A stretch of DNA of 64,000 bases, taken from Elusimicrobiota bacterium. Its GTDB lineage: Bacteria > Elusimicrobiota > Elusimicrobia > F11. Location: assembly GCA_046153645.1 (NCBI GenBank), contig JBJXGI010000053.1, forward strand, positions 27,022 to 91,021. Direction: 5' to 3'. Shown here in pieces: positions 19,127-27,739 of the stretch. A program made the translations under genes and the position numbers. The notes beneath the pieces were generated by a model. The model saw nothing but the letters and a program-made list of their open reading frames with translations, was not told the origin of the DNA and searched no databases. Numbering within the stretch: position 1 is the stretch's first letter; each line of letters starts with the position of its first letter.

Positions 19127-22100
19127 TTAAGCGCCAACAGCCACAACTCGCGCCAACCCAATAACAAACCCGAGATTTCGAACTGGAAACTCTGACATGG
19201 CTGACAGCAATTCTTCTAGAGAAAGGTATTTGATGTGGTACAGAATGGAGGACTGAGTGGGTCCTGATGCCATCAGTTGCAACAACAGATCTCTTGATAT
19301 CACAAAATCCGGCAACAGTTGATTGCTTGCTTGTAAGGCGGTCATCGTTTGCTCAAAGACGATTTTGTTTATTTTTCCTTTTGAGAAAAGGCCCTTTTGT
19401 GGCATCAGTTTAATCTGCCACTGAAGGTTTTTTCTCAGGAGTTTCTCAAATTCTTTTTGATCATTTTCATCTATGACGAATTCGAAATTCATGGAACGAT
19501 TTAGATACTGCTTTAACTTTTTACTTCTTAAATCTTTAGCCCGAAGCACCATTTGAACCGCCTTTCCTTTCAAATGTCGCTTGTTTATGGTGTTTTCGTC
19601 TGGTGATCTTGCCACCTTTTCTGCCAACTCCAAGGCCTCTTCTGGTTCCAATTTACGCTCTTTATCTTTTAAGGTGTTTTCTAATTCCCGCACCAATAAT
19701 TCCAATTTTTCCGGGTCAGATTGGCTTATCGCTTGGCGCGCCAAAGGATTATCCAAGCCCATTTTGACAACTTGTCCCGTGAGGCTATTTAAAATGTCGC
19801 CGGCCCGCTTAGATTGAATTAAATCCGCTTGCTCTGAAATTCCCCACTTCTTAGCCACATCCGTCAAAACCGCCTCTACAACCAGTACGACCACATTGGC
19901 AAACAGAAAATAGAAGGAAACAAAGAGAACAACATAATCGACGAGAGAATGAGAAAAGAAAATAAGTGCGGGGATATAAACGAGAAGTGAAATAATAACC
20001 ATGAAAATATTTACGTAGATGCCGTACATGGCAGGCGGCCCGCGTGTTTCCCACGGCATTTTTCCGGTGAACATACCTCGAATTATTTTCAAGGTACCAT
20101 AATCGAGTCGTTTTCCTTCAGTCGGCCCACCAATCAAGTGCCCGCCTTCATGAGAGGTGATTCCACCGAAAAAAACTGTTCGGACAAGCCAATTTAACCA
20201 CATGAGATTATTTCTTTTCGCCCAGTTGGAATTAAAAATATTGGCGAAGAGGGAAGGGGTTTCTGATGTTAAAGTTGCGGGTGATAAAAGCGTCTGATTC
20301 TGTCTTCGGAATATTTCCAGATAAAGGGAGATTCTTTCAAGAATCAATGCTAAGTCAGAGTTAATTCGATCGTAACCGATTCGTTGCGCAATAATTTTGA
20401 TGAGGTCAAAACTTGTTACCACCTGCCCTCGATGCGCGGAGAGAAACGCCTCGCGTACCAATTCGCGAATGAACAATCGACGAAGAAATGGCGGAAGGTT
20501 AAAACGATTTTGGAGATAAACTTCCTCTACCACATCAAATGGCACATTAATATTTTTAATATCAAACGCTGTCGATGGGAACTCCAAACGAAATACTGTT
20601 TTCCCATTCTGAGAGAGAAGATCAAAATGGGCACCCAACCATTCCGATATCATTTCGATCTGATTTAGTGCAACGCCATTTTCCCCAGAAAGATTAAAAT
20701 ATTTTTTATCTTCACCTCTAATGGTTGTAAACCGCCAAGCAGTCAATATTGAAAAAATGTCAGCTGCAGATAAATCGGTCTTATGACCTAGTTGAGTAAG
20801 AATGCGAATGGATTTCCAAATTTTTGGCTCTTCTCTATTATAGTGAACAACTTCATCCGTATCACCCGTACCTTCTTGCAGCCGAAGGCGTAACGATCTT
20901 ATGATGACAGGAATCTGTTTTCGAATTTTTTCAGGATCGATGACACCGGGATTTGAAATTTCTAATGCCAAGGTTCCCAATTTATAATTTTTGAAAATTC
21001 TAATTTTGATCTCGCTGGTGGACCACTTAGGATTTGATCGCGCCCATGCATCGTGAGCATTTTTTAGAATTTCGCGGACGCTATGCATAAGTAAATATAT
21101 GGCCCAAGGATCGTGAGCCGTCACATGGGCTTTTTGGTTTATGAAATCTCCGAGCTTTTTATCACCATATTCAGCACTTAAAATATAATCTTTATCTTCA
21201 GAAGATCCTTCCCACACCAGAACCATTTCGTCTTTGGAGTCGTTTTGTGAATTGCCAAACGTCAGTGGCCGCTGTCCTATTTTCCACGCTCTCTTATTAA
21301 AATCACGGTGCGCCCTAACGCCACTCCACCAAGAAATTGCCGCTGCTTTTTTGATCTCTTTCCATCCCACTGTCAGCCAGTCTCTTTCCTCATCATCTTT
21401 GGGGTCGTGTTTTTCGACAAACCCCTCTTTCGCATGTTCCCCCGCTTCCCAAATTGGCGCGAAACGGATGGAAATGAATTTTTTTCTTAATGTCCACACA
21501 GCCAATGGAATGGTGAAGGCAAATGAATAAAAAACAGAACTATGATAAGTTGCGATAAAAAGAAATGTAGCATTAAAAATAAAATGAATTACTCCAAAGA
21601 AGATATAACCAGAAGTGTAGGTAGACTGAAGTGTAGCTGGAGATTTTATTATTTCCCCCTGATATTTTCCTTTTAGAGCGGTTTCATTTTTATCTCCATA
21701 TTGCTGCTCAATCAATAGTTGATTTAAATTTGGGAATAAATTGCGAACAGCCAACACAACGGGATTCCTGGTCTGTTGATATAAAGGTAATGTTACAGGT
21801 GTAATTTTCTCCAGTCTTCTCCCTGGAAATAAATTATTTTTATCTATAGGAAGGTGAGAAGCATTAAAATCAAAGAATCCATGAAGAACATACCCAGTCC
21901 AATTAATTTTAAATTGAGAAATTTTATTTGGCTGGCCCTGAGTTAAAGTAATTGAATTGGCTTGGGATGAACAATTACCAAGACCCTGAAGAACGAATCC
22001 GAAAAATTGAGCCGGAGTTAAATGTTCAGCTAAAACAATGCTTTCGGCATCCCAAATAAAAGGAAGTTCTTCACCGTTTATTTTAATGGTCCCATAATTA

Positions 22101-25100
22101 GCTCTGTAAAGCTGCATATGGACAATTCCGCGTTCGGCAAGGCGTTTATACAACAAACCATTATCGTTATTAATTTTCTCAAGAACGCGGTGCAACTCAG
22201 AAGTTTTTCGAAGATTTTCTCGCTCAGGCGCATTTGCAGCCAGATATTCCTTTGTAAATGGTTGATATTTTGAAAATTGATTGTTTATGTTCTCTATTGA
22301 ACTTGTAATCAAATCTCTAGGCGGCAATCCCAATACAACCATTCCTGCCGATCTATCTTGTGGCGTAGTGTCACCAGGCAATTCATAAAGGCACAAAGGA
22401 GGAGGCGTAAGAAACCCCTTTTTTAAAAGTGCTTGCCCTCCTAAAAATTCCGCAACAGCGTCTTCGAAATTCAACCCATATAAAGGATTAAAGTGATATT
22501 CCTCTGTGTAATAAATCCCACTGGGAGTGAAGTTCTCATCTCCAGGCTGAAAATGAGCTGGGACTAGACCCTCTCGTCTTAACCTTTCGGCAGGATCAAA
22601 AATGATAGCTGCGTTTTCTAAAGTACCGCCTTTCACTTTGATCGTCTTGAGAGGGAACCCATTAATCATGACAACGTCTGGAAGATCAATTTCTAAACTA
22701 CGTTCAAACTTATTGCTGTCGCCTTTGTGGGAATTGCGCCGGTCATAATCAACTCCAAGTTTTAATTTTGAAAATGGAGTTTTCACAATTTTTTCTATTT
22801 TGTCTTTCAGCCAAGGGTAAATTGCAATCAATTGTGCATAAACATCCGTTGTTTCATGCAAAATAAACTCGCGACTTTTGTCATTTTGTGGCAATGGTGG
22901 CTGTTCCGCGGTGGGAACATTAGTTATATCTACCGACACTAAATCGACTACGCCGTTCAAAACAGCGCTAATTTGTGGAATGATGGAAAAGTCAATCGCA
23001 TTCAGCAATTCCTCTGCTGCTTCGTTTCCTCTCAAAAGTGTGGATTGCATGCGCCTTTTTAATTCATCTCTGGGTTCTTTATTCCTAATAGCTTCAAGCC
23101 ATGCCCCTGCAATTTCATTAAGTCGTGGCAAGGAAGACTCACCAACACCCACATGTTTTATGGCCATCATCAACTGATTCAAAGCATCGAGAGCGTTAGG
23201 GTTTATGGAATCGGGTGCCAAGGGTTTATAAGGTTCTTTTTTCTTTCGACTAAACAAATCCCAAATGGCTAAATACGCCCCCTCTTTCAAGGCCGATTTT
23301 GAACCGGATGTGGCTGCACTTAATAAAAACATACCTACGTTGTAAGACATGTGAACCAAAATAGCAGAGACCAAACTGTTTGATTCGACATAGGTCAGAA
23401 CAATTAAAGTTGTGCCTCCAGTTTGAAGGCCCAGACGAGCGATGAAGGCAGTAACAAAATTTATATTTTTTTCGACAGCATCTTTTTTCGCCAAACTAAA
23501 ACTTCGCGGAATGTGGAATGCAAAAAACGTAAAACCCATAAGAATGGGACTTAAACCCCATATCCCTATTAAAAGCTCACGAAAAATCAACTCTTCCAGA
23601 AAAGGTAAAAAAATAAAAATGCTACCCACAGAAAAAATAACCACCCTTCGTTCATAAACAACTTTCACAAATTCACCAGTCCGATCAAACCAGGCTGACA
23701 AAACCCCCCGCGGAAATTTAATGGCCACTTTTCCGGCAAACCCAGAAAATTTTTTAACAAGTTCATAAAGCGCGAAAATACTGGCTTGCGAGGAAGGGAT
23801 GGGCGCTTCCGCCAAAAACAGTTTTTCTCCTTCAAACAATTGGTCGAGCGGAGTTTTTTCTTGCGCGAACACAGTGAGATAGGACGACCCATTTTCTGAA
23901 TTGACCTTCGTGATTTTAGGAGTAAAAGAAATAACCGTGTAACCTGCTTCGCTTAAACGTTGGTCGATGCCGGCCGAATGGAAACCACCCGTAACCAAAA
24001 CTGCGTTTTGGTAATTTCCAAAACCCAAATCACAATGATCAATTGATTTTTTTAGTTTTGGAGATTTGTTTGTTATTTGATATTTGGTATTTGAGTTTTC
24101 AATGATCTTTAGAAAATTACTTGCCATTTTTTCATCTCGAATTTCCGCTTGCTTATAAAAATTCTCAAAAGACTCTAAGGCAAACCCCTCCCCGCCTTCC
24201 CTCCCCACCGAAAAACGTGGGGAGGAATTTATATATTCTCCCCATTCTTCTTTTGTTAGTGAAAAGTCCACTAATTTTTTAGTTAAAGATAATGCGTGTG
24301 ATTCTTTAATCAATTGTTTTTCAACGTCTGTGTTAGCGAGTGAGGAATAAATTGATTCCTCCATTTTTTCAATACTTTTGAATAAATCATCTGCGTTAAT
24401 TTGGTCGCTTAAAAGCACATACTGAAGATACGAATTCATCGCAGGATAGCGGGACAACGCAATTTCTTTTTTATCGCAGAGATTTTTCAAACGAGCGTAA
24501 AAATCGGCATGAGAAATATTTCCCAAACGATAAGCCACACTGGTCGCAATCAGAGATTGAGACTCAAAAGTGCCTAGCTTAGCCAAGAGCTGTGAGAGAA
24601 GTTGACCTCGCTCCCTTTCAACGGCAGCGAAATTAAGGCGGGATTCCAAATGAATCGCTTTCAAGAATATTTGAATCTGAAAATGCTCATTAAAACCCTT
24701 ATCCGTGTCGTCGCCCCGGCGGAGGCCGGGGTCCAGGTCGTTAACCGGCTTTTTAGAAAAAAGTTTAAAGCTGGAAAGAAACTCCACATATTTCCCCAAA
24801 GACAAAGTATCGCCACGGTACAATTCGACCTGGCAATCAAAATCGTAAAGAGCTGCATTAAAAATTGTTTTCTTCTTTTGAGCAAGTTCGGTTCTTAGCT
24901 CATTTAACTGCTGCTTATTCTTTTCAATATGAGAGGCCGATTGCCGGTAAGCTTCTACATTTGCCTTATAATGAGCGGAATCATCAACCCCGATAAATCG
25001 AGGAAGGGTTTGCCCCGAACGCAGTTGAAGAGTGAAACCCGTATAAATCGGCCCAGAGACTTTATTTTCCCGAAGCAAATAGTTGGCCACTTTTCTAGTT

Positions 25101-25642
25101 GCCTCTGGTGGAAACACCCTGAAAGGGTTTAAATCGATGGGGTTAAACGCGCCTTCCAACGCAATGAGATCAACCTGATTACCATCAATAAGTCCTTGAA
25201 TGGTTTTGCCGATATTTTTTTGGGCTTCGGCGTTTCGATGGACATCTTGGATGTGAATGACGATTCGTCCATTTTTTCCCTCACCCTGACCCTCTCCCCG
25301 ACGGGGAGAGGGAAGAGTGATTTCTTGAATTGTTCCGTATTGGGTTGATAAGTTTTGAAACAGAGAAGAGAGTTGGGGTGCAATATCCTTTGGAACCGAT
25401 TCTTCAAATTGGCGTGGCAAAGACGCTTGAACATGAGGAAGTTGCTGCAAGATCGAGTGAGAATTTTCCAGAGCAACATTTGAAGGCAATTGCGCTAATT
25501 GGATTGACTTTTTGTTGTCAACAGAACGTCGACGCTCTGCCCAAACAGACTTCTTTGGGTTATGGGCAAATGCACAATTTGTGGCGAAATAAATAATGGC
25601 CAACGCAGTGGAAATCGATCGAATAAAAACTCGCTTTTTCAT
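19127..25642 (-). CDS. 2171-aa secreted/membrane multidomain protein (conserved N-domain, CPBP/CAAX module, kinase-like, GHKL ATPase, HExxH module)
   Basis: Signal peptide to AFA; IQDVH..EGA..GVDD..RDEKMA..GGFH; EELIFR..FAFH..HMSYN; IKVKG..HMQLYRAN..WDAE; EILKNAHDA..SNPG..GENGVAL..TVFRLEFP; HEGGH..RGPPA. Confidence 0.85.
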   Translation of the reverse strand: MKKRVFIRSISTALAIIYFATNCAFAHNPKKSVWAERRRSVDNKKSIQLAQLPSNVALENSHSILQQLPHVQASLPRQFEESVPKDIAPQLSSLFQNLSTQYGTIQEITLPSPRRGEGQGEGKNGRIVIHIQDVHRNAEAQKNIGKTIQGLIDGNQVDLIALEGAFNPIDLNPFRVFPPEATRKVANYLLRENKVSGPIYTGFTLQLRSGQTLPRFIGVDDSAHYKANVEAYRQSASHIEKNKQQLNELRTELAQKKKTIFNAALYDFDCQVELYRGDTLSLGKYVEFLSSFKLFSKKPVNDLDPGLRRGDDTDKGFNEHFQIQIFLKAIHLESRLNFAAVERERGQLLSQLLAKLGTFESQSLIATSVAYRLGNISHADFYARLKNLCDKKEIALSRYPAMNSYLQYVLLSDQINADDLFKSIEKMEESIYSSLANTDVEKQLIKESHALSLTKKLVDFSLTKEEWGEYINSSPRFSVGREGGEGFALESFENFYKQAEIRDEKMASNFLKIIENSNTKYQITNKSPKLKKSIDHCDLGFGNYQNAVLVTGGFHSAGIDQRLSEAGYTVISFTPKITKVNSENGSSYLTVFAQEKTPLDQLFEGEKLFLAEAPIPSSQASIFALYELVKKFSGFAGKVAIKFPRGVLSAWFDRTGEFVKVVYERRVVIFSVGSIFIFLPFLEELIFRELLIGIWGLSPILMGFTFFAFHIPRSFSLAKKDAVEKNINFVTAFIARLGLQTGGTTLIVLTYVESNSLVSAILVHMSYNVGMFLLSAATSGSKSALKEGAYLAIWDLFSRKKKEPYKPLAPDSINPNALDALNQLMMAIKHVGVGESSLPRLNEIAGAWLEAIRNKEPRDELKRRMQSTLLRGNEAAEELLNAIDFSIIPQISAVLNGVVDLVSVDITNVPTAEQPPLPQNDKSREFILHETTDVYAQLIAIYPWLKDKIEKIVKTPFSKLKLGVDYDRRNSHKGDSNKFERSLEIDLPDVVMINGFPLKTIKVKGGTLENAAIIFDPAERLRREGLVPAHFQPGDENFTPSGIYYTEEYHFNPLYGLNFEDAVAEFLGGQALLKKGFLTPPPLCLYELPGDTTPQDRSAGMVVLGLPPRDLITSSIENINNQFSKYQPFTKEYLAANAPERENLRKTSELHRVLEKINNDNGLLYKRLAERGIVHMQLYRANYGTIKINGEELPFIWDAESIVLAEHLTPAQFFGFVLQGLGNCSSQANSITLTQGQPNKISQFKINWTGYVLHGFFDFNASHLPIDKNNLFPGRRLEKITPVTLPLYQQTRNPVVLAVRNLFPNLNQLLIEQQYGDKNETALKGKYQGEIIKSPATLQSTYTSGYIFFGVIHFIFNATFLFIATYHSSVFYSFAFTIPLAVWTLRKKFISIRFAPIWEAGEHAKEGFVEKHDPKDDEERDWLTVGWKEIKKAAAISWWSGVRAHRDFNKRAWKIGQRPLTFGNSQNDSKDEMVLVWEGSSEDKDYILSAEYGDKKLGDFINQKAHVTAHDPWAIYLLMHSVREILKNAHDAWARSNPKWSTSEIKIRIFKNYKLGTLALEISNPGVIDPEKIRKQIPVIIRSLRLRLQEGTGDTDEVVHYNREEPKIWKSIRILTQLGHKTDLSAADIFSILTAWRFTTIRGEDKKYFNLSGENGVALNQIEMISEWLGAHFDLLSQNGKTVFRLEFPSTAFDIKNINVPFDVVEEVYLQNRFNLPPFLRRLFIRELVREAFLSAHRGQVVTSFDLIKIIAQRIGYDRINSDLALILERISLYLEIFRRQNQTLLSPATLTSETPSLFANIFNSNWAKRNNLMWLNWLVRTVFFGGITSHEGGHLIGGPTEGKRLDYGTLKIIRGMFTGKMPWETRGPPAMYGIYVNIFMVIISLLVYIPALIFFSHSLVDYVVLFVSFYFLFANVVVLVVEAVLTDVAKKWGISEQADLIQSKRAGDILNSLTGQVVKMGLDNPLARQAISQSDPEKLELLVRELENTLKDKERKLEPEEALELAEKVARSPDENTINKRHLKGKAVQMVLRAKDLRSKKLKQYLNRSMNFEFVIDENDQKEFEKLLRKNLQWQIKLMPQKGLFSKGKINKIVFEQTMTALQASNQLLPDFVISRDLLLQLMASGPTQSSILYHIKYLSLEELLSAMSEFPVRNLGFVIGLARVVAVGA
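24014..24100. repeat. Degenerate heptamer-like arrays in inverted orientation, in frame
   Basis: ATTTCCAAAACCCAAATCACAAT ... ATTTGATATTTGGTATTTGAG; encodes NSNTKYQITNK...DLGFGNYQ. Confidence 0.5.
24185..24225. repeat. In-frame GC-rich palindromic element (boxC-like)
   Basis: CCCCTCCCCGCCTTC-CCTCCCCAC-8nt-GTGGGGAGG hairpin; encodes SSPRFSVGREGGEG. Confidence 0.7.
24709..24736. repeat. In-frame palindromic element resembling the GTCATTCCCGCGnAnGCGGGAATCCAG REP/RPE-type family
   Basis: CGTCG-CCCCGGC-GGAG-GCCGGGG-TCCAG; encodes LDPGLRRGD. Confidence 0.7.
25008..25030. repeat. Degenerate REP-like element, in frame
   Basis: GTTTGCCCCGAACGCAGTTGAAG resembles the TGnCCTGAGCGnAGTCGAAG repeat type; encodes LQLRSGQT. 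Confidence 0.4.
25278..25312. repeat. In-frame boxC-like palindromic element
   Basis: CCCTCACCCTGA-CCCTCTCCCC-GAC-GGGGAGAGGG; encodes PSPRRGEGQGEG. Confidence 0.8.
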
Positions 25643-25690
25643 ATTAAAGCAAGTATAAAAAACTGGCCTTAAGATTATCTTAATTTCAAA

Positions 25691-26830
25691 TTAATTTTGG
25701 TGAGGACGATGTAAATGATTTGTTACATAAGGAATGTTGAGGTAATAACGGGCGTACCGATTTTCGCCTTTTTTTATCAATGCATTTTTCATGACCAAGC
25801 CAACCAAATCGCGCGTTGTTGTGGCGGCAGATGCTTTGGTGATAGCGATGTATTTTTTAGCGCTCAATCCACCTGCAAATCCTTCGGGTCCTTCCCGGAA
25901 GAGGCGCATGACCGCTTTTTCCTGCCGTTCATTCAGTTGACCTCTCAAACGATCCAGAAATTTCATTTTTTCAATCATAAATTCTACGTGGCCTGCAGTA
26001 CGCTTTTGCGCTTCAAGAGCTGTCGTAGAAAACCAAGAGAGCCAGCGCGTCATTTCATTTTTTTTATTCGCTTCTTCCAAGACATCGTAGTAAGCATTTC
26101 GTTTACTTAATATTGTTGTAGCTAAGACTGTCAATGTTGCCGCCCCAAGACTTTGCGACAATATCTTTTCAGAAATGGCCCGAGCAAGACGGCCATTACC
26201 ATCCTCAAAAGGATGAATAGAAACAAAATAAAGATGAGCTATTCCAGATCTTGTCAATGCGGGGAGAGGGTCTCGTCCCGTAGGCCCTGTGCGGTTAAAC
26301 CACTCAATGAAACGTTTCATTTCAGCGGGCACATGTGATGAAGGTGGTGCTTCAAAATGGATTTTCGGTGAATGAAGGGCACCTGAAACAACTTGCATGG
26401 GTTCAAGATAAGACCTATAAGAACCAATATTTTTCAGGTCTCTTCGACCTTTCATCAACATTCGATGCCATCGGGAAAGTGTTTGATGTGTTAATGGAGT
26501 TGAAAAACCACGGTAAAGATCGACCATCATTTCGGCAATTCCTTGTTCTGCCGGTTCTATAGGATTTTTATCAGCCGCAAGACCCAGTTGCCGACAAATG
26601 GAAGACTGAACACTTTTTCTGTTAAGAATTTCCCCTTCAATCTCGGAGGTCGTGACGGCTTCTGTACTCATGATTTCGACAGTGAATTGCTCTTTGTCAC
26701 TTAAGGAAAGATATTTGGTTATACCGACAATAGAACCAGCACCCAATAAAAAAAGCTCTTCTGCCTTGGTAAGGAGCTGTTTTTTCCAGGTAAATTTGGG
26801 CCAATCAGATTGTTGCCAGTTCCATTTCAT
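25691..26830 (-). CDS. Fic family protein (DUF4172-Fic-wHTH)
   Basis: N-terminal WNWQ..DWP.F.W, canonical HPFEDGNGRLAR, C-terminal S.ATTTRDL..LV HTH. Confidence 0.92.
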   Translation of the reverse strand: MKWNWQQSDWPKFTWKKQLLTKAEELFLLGAGSIVGITKYLSLSDKEQFTVEIMSTEAVTTSEIEGEILNRKSVQSSICRQLGLAADKNPIEPAEQGIAEMMVDLYRGFSTPLTHQTLSRWHRMLMKGRRDLKNIGSYRSYLEPMQVVSGALHSPKIHFEAPPSSHVPAEMKRFIEWFNRTGPTGRDPLPALTRSGIAHLYFVSIHPFEDGNGRLARAISEKILSQSLGAATLTVLATTILSKRNAYYDVLEEANKKNEMTRWLSWFSTTALEAQKRTAGHVEFMIEKMKFLDRLRGQLNERQEKAVMRLFREGPEGFAGGLSAKKYIAITKASAATTTRDLVGLVMKNALIKKGENRYARYYLNIPYVTNHLHRPHQN

Positions 26831-26859
26831 GAGCGATAGACTCCTTTTCTATCACTCAT
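26829..26859. promoter_or_regulatory. Inverted repeat over the Fic RBS/start, probable autoregulatory operator
   Basis: ATGAGCGATAGA-7nt-TCTATCACTCAT (11/12 complementary) enclosing the AAGGAG RBS. Confidence 0.55.
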
Positions 26860-26899
26860 ATTACATGATTTTTTGATTGATAGACTTTTCGAACAGAAA

Positions 26900-27670
26900 T
26901 TAAACAGTCTCTTTACTTCGAAGAAGATGAATAAGCTCTTCACGCAATTCATCGGGGTCCATTTGCGTTTTCAGCTTGCCATCTATAGCTAAAGAGACGG
27001 CTCCTGTTTCTTCTGATACACAGATAGACCAGCAATCGCTGACCTCTGAAATTCCGACCGCAGCTCGGTGACGAGTCCCCAACCACTTCGATAAACTGGC
27101 ATCTTGAGAAACAGGGAAAATACATCCTGCTGCGACAATTCGATTGGACTGAACAATAACGCCCCCGTCATGAAGAGCGGCTGGCGGCTGAAAAATAGTT
27201 AACAATAATTCCCGGGTAATTTCTGCGTTCAGTAAAGTGCCGGTTTCTAAATAATCACGAAGCCCCGTATTTCTCTCAATAGCAATAAGCATGCCCATTT
27301 GGCGACGAGAAGCTTCTTTGACGGCCGCCACAATTTCATTCACCACCGTCAATTCCTGCTGCATAGAAAATCGACTTGACGTTTTTGTCCCCAACTGAGC
27401 CAACGCAGAGCGCAATTCAGGCTGAAAAACCACTGCCAAAATAACAAAGCCTGCAATCCAAAATTTCTCTAACAACCAATTTAGCGAAGGCAAACCAACA
27501 AACTGAGATAAGGCGGTAAGGCCAGCCAAAACAATCAAACCAACCGCAATTTGAACAGCTCTCGTGCCCTTAATAAGAATGAGGAACTTATAAATTAAAA
27601 AACCCACAAGGCTGATATCAACCACGTGAATAAGATATTTTTTCCAAATAAAAATAAAAGATTCAATCAT
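26900..27670 (-). CDS. dacA: Diadenylate cyclase CdaA/DacA
   Basis: Three TM helices, VFQPELR, LHDGG (DGA-like), GTRHRAA, VSEETG. Confidence 0.92.
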   Translation of the reverse strand: MIESFIFIWKKYLIHVVDISLVGFLIYKFLILIKGTRAVQIAVGLIVLAGLTALSQFVGLPSLNWLLEKFWIAGFVILAVVFQPELRSALAQLGTKTSSRFSMQQELTVVNEIVAAVKEASRRQMGMLIAIERNTGLRDYLETGTLLNAEITRELLLTIFQPPAALHDGGVIVQSNRIVAAGCIFPVSQDASLSKWLGTRHRAAVGISEVSDCWSICVSEETGAVSLAIDGKLKTQMDPDELREELIHLLRSKETV

Positions 27671-27709
27671 AAAAAAAGGCGTTCCTTATCATTATGATAA
27701 AGAACGCCT
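27671..27709 (-). terminator. Intrinsic terminator after ftsH
   Basis: Minus strand AGGCGTTCTTTATCAT-A-ATGATAAGGAACGCCT followed by a T tract running directly into the dacA ATG. Confidence 0.7.
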
Positions 27710-27739
27710 GATATAAAATCAACTAATAAAAGAATTTAG

